From contig NC_135762.1 in assembly GCF_052425735.1 (NCBI RefSeq), positions 25,110,001 through 25,174,000 on the forward strand: a stretch of 64,000 nt of DNA. Direction: 5' to 3'. This DNA is from Oculina patagonica. Its lineage: Eukaryota. Both the position numbers and the translations under genes were made by a program. A model generated the notes under the pieces. It saw nothing but the letters and a program-made list of their open reading frames with translations, did not search any database and was not told where the DNA came from. Of the stretch, positions 60,101 to 64,000 are shown piece after piece; position 1 is the stretch's first letter; every line of letters begins with the position of its first letter.

Positions 60101-61347
60101 TCTAGTTAACGATGTAAGTCAAGTCATGGATGAAGAACAGAAGAACAAATTTTAAAAATGTTTATCTTGGCATCGGAATTTATCAATGTCTGTCGTAACA
60201 ATAAAACCAAAGCAAGCACATATCTGGCCAATCGCAAAAATATAGCCCTTGAACCAATCAGAAAACGAATAAGAAACACTTTGCCAAGCGCGGGAAATCA
60301 TGTCGGTGCCGAGCGCGGCAAATCATGTCGCCAATGTCAAGCGCGGGAACACGCGCGTTAGCCAGACCACGATTGTTTGGTTTTGCTCTGATTGATTAGC
60401 GTGGTCGGATCACATTTTTGGCGAAATTTTTAGAAAATGTTAGAGCTCACCAACCGCGCGCAAGCCAGCGTTTACACCACTAGATAACAGATTGTTTACA
60501 GCTGACATACGCTTACATTTACAGCTGCTCAATATATAACATTCAAGTTTCTTTTTCCAGGTCGTGCTATCCGTCACAGAGGAGACTACGCGACAATCTT
60601 GTTACTTGATCAGCGCTACGGTTCTGCTAGAATACAGAAAAGCTTACCAGGTTGGATTTCAAACCGACTACAGCATCAGGCTCGCTTCGGATCCGCATTT
60701 GCCGCCATTCGCAAGGTAAACTGGTGTGACTAGTCCTAAGTCCGTTCTACGAAGAACTGGTAAAGACGCAAGGGATAAAGCAGTTTTCAATTGAGTGTCG
60801 TAAAACCAAAAGCAAAGTAATTACTCTGGCCAATCACAAAGGACAAAGACAATCCAGCAACCAATCAAAACGCGAAGCAAAAACATGTAGCCGGCACGAA
60901 GCGCGGGAAAACGTGCGCGAGCGAGAGACGATTGGTTTTGGTTTTAGTTTTGATTGGCTGAGAAAGTGGCGCAAGATTTTTAAACCAATCACTAAGCGTA
61001 GTAATGCAAAACCAAAGAAAAGCAAATTACTTTCGATACTCAAGTGAAAACCGCTCTAATGGGAATTTCGAGGAATGGGGAATTACGACGCTACGTAATT
61101 ATAAGTAACGCTATGTTAGACACTACTATAAGCTATACAAACTGGTTTCAGAGTCGAATGAAAGCGCTAAATAGCGGCTCAAGCCGATAGAAACATAAAA
61201 CACAATTACAAAAAAAAAATCGAAGTACAGCTAAATAATAAATATAAGGAATACATTATAATTTAATGAAAACAAGTTAATTTTTGTATTTCTTTTTTGT
61301 TTCAGTTTTTCGTGGATAAGCGACTGACGGGTGGAGTCACAGAGTGA
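45173..61347 (+). CDS. DDX11: ATP-dependent DNA helicase DDX11 (ChlR1), XPD-family Fe-S helicase, ~919 aa
   Basis: 28 in-frame exons: 45173-45403, 46808-46923, 47022-47074, 47763-47833, 47938-48033, 48419-48573, 48766-48814, 49693-49888, 50577-50683, 51206-51301, 52368-52520, 52721-52767, 52908-52987, 53269-53346, 53784-53851, 53945-53983, 54142-54187, 54584-54700, 55157-55269, 56274-56346, 56448-56551, 57961-58110, 58202-58270, 58849-58955, 59654-59741, 60018-60078, 60561-60715, 61306-61347. Motifs [25 protein letters not shown], four Fe-S Cys, [32 protein letters not shown]. Confidence 0.95.
49406..49665 (+). mobile_element. tRNA-derived SINE with V-domain-like core
   Basis: A box TGGCGCAGTGG, B box GGTTCGATTCC, GGGTTTTTCTCCAGGTCCTCTGGTTTTCCTCCC core, AT-rich tail. 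Confidence 0.75.
50086..50325 (-). mobile_element. tRNA-derived SINE copy (same family as 34645-34954)
   Basis: Reverse-complement match over ~240 bp; a further degraded copy lies at ~54799-55030. Confidence 0.75.
55617..56013. mobile_element. hAT5-like MITE containing a nested hAT6-like MITE (55631-55873)
   Basis: Outer ATTAC|CAGTGGTAGAT...ATCTGCCACTG|ATTAC; inner GATCTA|CAGGACTGCAAA...TTTGCATCCCTG|GATCTA. Confidence 0.7.
56958..57254 (+). ncRNA. RN7SL: Signal recognition particle RNA (7SL)
   Basis: 5' Alu domain GCCGGGCGTAGTGGCGCACGCCTGTAATCCAGC; helix 6 CAGA-GGAG-TCTG; helix 8 CCCAGGGTG-GAAA-CACAGCAGG; CAGTAGTGGGAT...CTGTGAATAG; ~297 nt followed by an oligo-T Pol III terminator. Confidence 0.93.
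57255..57264 (+). terminator. Pol III oligo-T terminator of 7SL
   Basis: T run immediately after the 7SL 3' end. Confidence 0.8.
60776..61058. mobile_element. MITE-like repeat with CCAATCA motifs
   Basis: Imperfect TIRs AGCAGTTTTCAATTGAGTGTCG / CGATACTCAAGTGAAAACCGCT; degraded relative at ~60175-60480. Confidence 0.6.
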
Positions 61348-62050
61348 TGCAACACAACTAAATTAAATTTTAAATTTCCTTGTGCACATGTTAAATCAAA
61401 GATTTCTCTGCAAAGATTATAACGAAAAAAGGCAAATATTTATTTGATATAATTATTCATCAATCGCTAAAAAATTATCTCTATATTTTTGAAGAGAAAG
61501 ATGTATTTTTCAATACCCACAGGCTTCAAATGACCTGTGTGTTTATAAACTCGTCAGGTCTGAGAGCTTTATTGCAGTCTCTTGGTTGTTTATCCATTCC
61601 TATGGATTGAGTTTTATAATGAAAGGCAATGTTCCAAATAAAAAAGGTTGCAAGAATTGTAGTTCTGGATTCTTTATATTTTGTACTGTTTTTTTTTTAA
61701 CACCAAATGTATCGTAACCGTTGTCACTCGCCAAAGTATATTTGACAACTTCTTAACATCTTTCAATTGGTTTTCCAAAATTCCCACTGACAGCCAATCG
61801 GTGATCCATAAAATAAGACGGGAAGTTTATCAACACGTGGCTGTCTACTTCGGACTTTTTTCCCAACCCTCTCCTCCCCCCTCCCCCCTCTCTCTCTCTT
61901 CCTCATTCCCTCCATCCGTCCATACGACCTTGTTTGATTAGCTAAGCAATGGACAACCAATAAAACTGTCAAAAAATAGTCGAAAATGTTTATCCAACGG
62001 CAACGTTAGGTGCATTTCATCAATTTACAATAAATCTACTGCGCTGTTTT

Positions 62051-62640
62051 CCCCGCGCCAACACAGTTTGCACCATGCAAACAGACATACCACTAGTCGA
62101 GTTACACAGAAACTTTACAAATGACGGACTGTCAAAGACCAACACCATTCCCTGCGCCAACACAGTTTGCACCATGCAAACAGACATACCACTAGTCGAG
62201 TTACACAGAAACTTTACAAATGACGGGCTGTCAAAGACCAACACCATTCCCCGCGCCAACACAGTTTGCACCATGCAAACAGACATACCATTAGTCGAGT
62301 TACACAGAAACTTTACAAATGACGGGCTGTCAAAGACCAACACCATTCCCCGCGCCAACACAGTTTGCACCATGCAAACAGACATACCACTAGTCGAGTT
62401 ACACAGAAACTTTACAAATGACGGGCTGTCAAAGACCAACACCATTCCCCGCGCCAACACAGTTTGCACCATGCAAACAGACATACCACTAGTCGAGTTA
62501 CACAGAAACTTTACAAATGACGGACTGTCAAAGACCAACACCATTCCCCGCGCCAACACAGTTTGCACCATGCAAACAGACATACCACTAGTCGAGTTAC
62601 ACAGAAACTTTACAAATGACGGGCTGTCAAAGACCAACAC
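62051..62640. repeat. 99-bp minisatellite, ~6 near-identical copies
   Basis: Units start at 62051, 62150, 62249, 62348, 62447, 62546; only single-base differences. Confidence 0.95.
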
Positions 62641-62912
62641 ATGAAAAAATCAAATACCTTGAAAATTGTTCATCACTCTGCTAGTTTTTTATTTATTTAC
62701 AATTTTAATTAAAGGCCTCTAAAAGTCCGAATACTTATCCCGGGCTTTGAGTTGCCGATAATGAACATTACTATAAATTATTTTTCTGACCCAAGGTCGT
62801 TTTAATGACCAAGAATAATTATGGCCATTAATCCACATTCAACTGAGAAAAAGCTTGTCGTGTAATACGTGTTTGTCACTTATCAACCTAGTAAAATGGC
62901 CCAGCTCACAAC

Positions 62913-62991
62913 GAGTCTCTCGTAGCTCAGTTGGTTAGAGCGCCCAACCGGTATTCTGGGAGGCCATGGGTTCGATTCCCGTCGGGGACTC
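62913..62991 (+). mobile_element. tRNA-like head of a SINE/tRNA pseudogene
   Basis: TAGCTCAGTTGGTTAGAGC (D arm/A box) and GGGTTCGATTCCC (T arm/B box), GAGTC/GACTC closing stem, but the anticodon arm is irregular. Confidence 0.6.
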
Positions 62992-63134
62992 AGAATTTTT
63001 CTTTGTCCCATGCTCGAGTCATGTTGAACACTTCATCTTCAAGATCTTATCACTTATCTGGGAAAAATTATTTCAAAAAAAAAAATATCAGTCTAACAAC
63101 AAACTTGCACTCCATGAAACCCGTAGTGGTTCGT

Positions 63135-64000
63135 TCATAAACTGCTGTTTGATAGCTGAGAGAAAAGAACTGGACTTCCTTGAAGACTGATGTCACTACA
63201 CCGATTAGATCCTGCGCTGGCTAGCAACGGAGAAACTTGAAGAGGAGTCCATGCCCTGCTCAAAGAAGTAATGGGAACAAAATAAGGCGTAGAATGAAAA
63301 CTAAGAGGAAGTGAATTCCTGTTTAACTTGTTTTCAATGTCACAGTGTCCTTCGTTTGGTAGCGAGGCAGCCTCGTTTCCACACGCGGCAAGGTGGGCAG
63401 GGCTTGGGAACGAGGCTCGCCTCTCGGTTGAAAGCGACGATGCGGAAGAGAGATGAGAACATTCAGAACTTGAGAACAGAGATACCGAATTAAGTTCTTC
63501 CTTGGTGCAAGAGCGAGTGTGGACGCCAGGAAGTCCTGGGGACGAAAACAAGTCGGGTGTTGCGCTGTGTTCGGTACAACGTGAACGCGATTCAGCGTTA
63601 ACGAGCCTTGGAGAGAAGAAGAGATCCGGTGTCTTTGAATAACATTCTTCCATAACAGACAGCGATTGAGAAAACAAATCAGGAGAGAAAGGTGTACCCG
63701 CCATCATATCACAACTGTCATTTAACATGGATACTTCATTGTTGTCATAGTGATCAATAGACCTTTGGTTTCTCTGTTGATCCTCATCTGTTTCATTCGC
63801 ATTACGGACACGTGATCGTATGAAGCAAGTTTGGTTGTCTCTCAAGGGCGTGTTACAAACGAAGTCCGTTTCGAGTAATTCATCAGCAGGTCCAGATCGG
63901 CAGAACAGCTTGCTTCGTTTCGTACTGATATCATTCACGTCCTCACGACAATTCCGCGAAATATATCTTCGCTGGTTGCTCAAGAGTACACTTTTAAGTA
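63135..64000 (-). CDS. Terminal exon of an unknown Ser/Pro-rich, probably disordered protein (5' part outside window)
   Basis: Stop-free frame from the window edge to the stop at 63135 (>280 codons), higher GC than flanks, repeated [S/T]PDLF motifs. Confidence 0.7.
   Translation of the reverse strand, partial: LKSVLLSNQRRYISRNCREDVNDISTKRSKLFCRSGPADELLETDFVCNTPLRDNQTCFIRSRVRNANETDEDQQRNQRSIDHYDNNEVSMLNDSCDMMAGTPFSPDLFSQSLSVMEECYSKTPDLFFSPRLVNAESRSRCTEHSATPDLFSSPGLPGVHTRSCTKEELNSVSLFSSSECSHLSSASSLSTERRASFPSPAHLAACGNEAASLPNEGHCDIENKLNRNSLPLSFHSTPYFVPITSLSRAWTPLQVSPLLASAGSNRCSDISLQGSPVLFSQLSNSSL

Noticed and set aside
62020-62644. 206-aa and 189-aa repeat ORFs as genes, or a CRISPR array
   Set aside because: Explained by a 99-bp tandem repeat with no unique spacers and no splice or codon evidence
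62913-62991. Functional tRNA gene
   Set aside because: Anticodon stem-loop is irregular (no U33, poor pairing); better read as a SINE head or pseudogene
63860-63890. Second CUGAUGA...GAAA hammerhead-like core on the minus strand
   Set aside because: Stem II cannot pair and it lies in coding sequence

Overview
AT-rich, intron-rich animal genomic DNA. The repeat landscape suggests an anthozoan cnidarian, probably a stony coral (inference). In order: (1) the last 14 exons of a secreted SVEP1-like mosaic protein (Sushi/HYR/ephrin-receptor-like Cys repeats/Ig), with all introns in phase 1; (2) an intronless orphan class A GPCR; (3) an ~18 kb tandem cluster of intronless arylamine N-acetyltransferase (NAT) genes, with 6 full ORFs and 3 fragments; (4) a 2-exon DRAM/TMEM150-family gene head-to-head with (5) a 28-exon DDX11/ChlR1 Fe-S helicase, which hosts a complete 7SL (SRP) RNA gene in an intron; (6) a 99-bp minisatellite and the terminal exon of an unknown Ser/Pro-rich protein. 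The NAT cluster shows block duplications, mosaic sequence, variation next to the catalytic His, and XRE-like (TNGCGTG) motifs just upstream of most start codons. Introns and intergenic DNA hold many non-autonomous transposons (Tc1/mariner-, hAT-, hAT5/6-, Kolobok-, piggyBac-, Academ- and Harbinger-like), tRNA-derived SINEs, and a minimal type I hammerhead ribozyme on the minus strand at 1939-1983. All exon boundaries and family assignments were read by eye; no searches were run.
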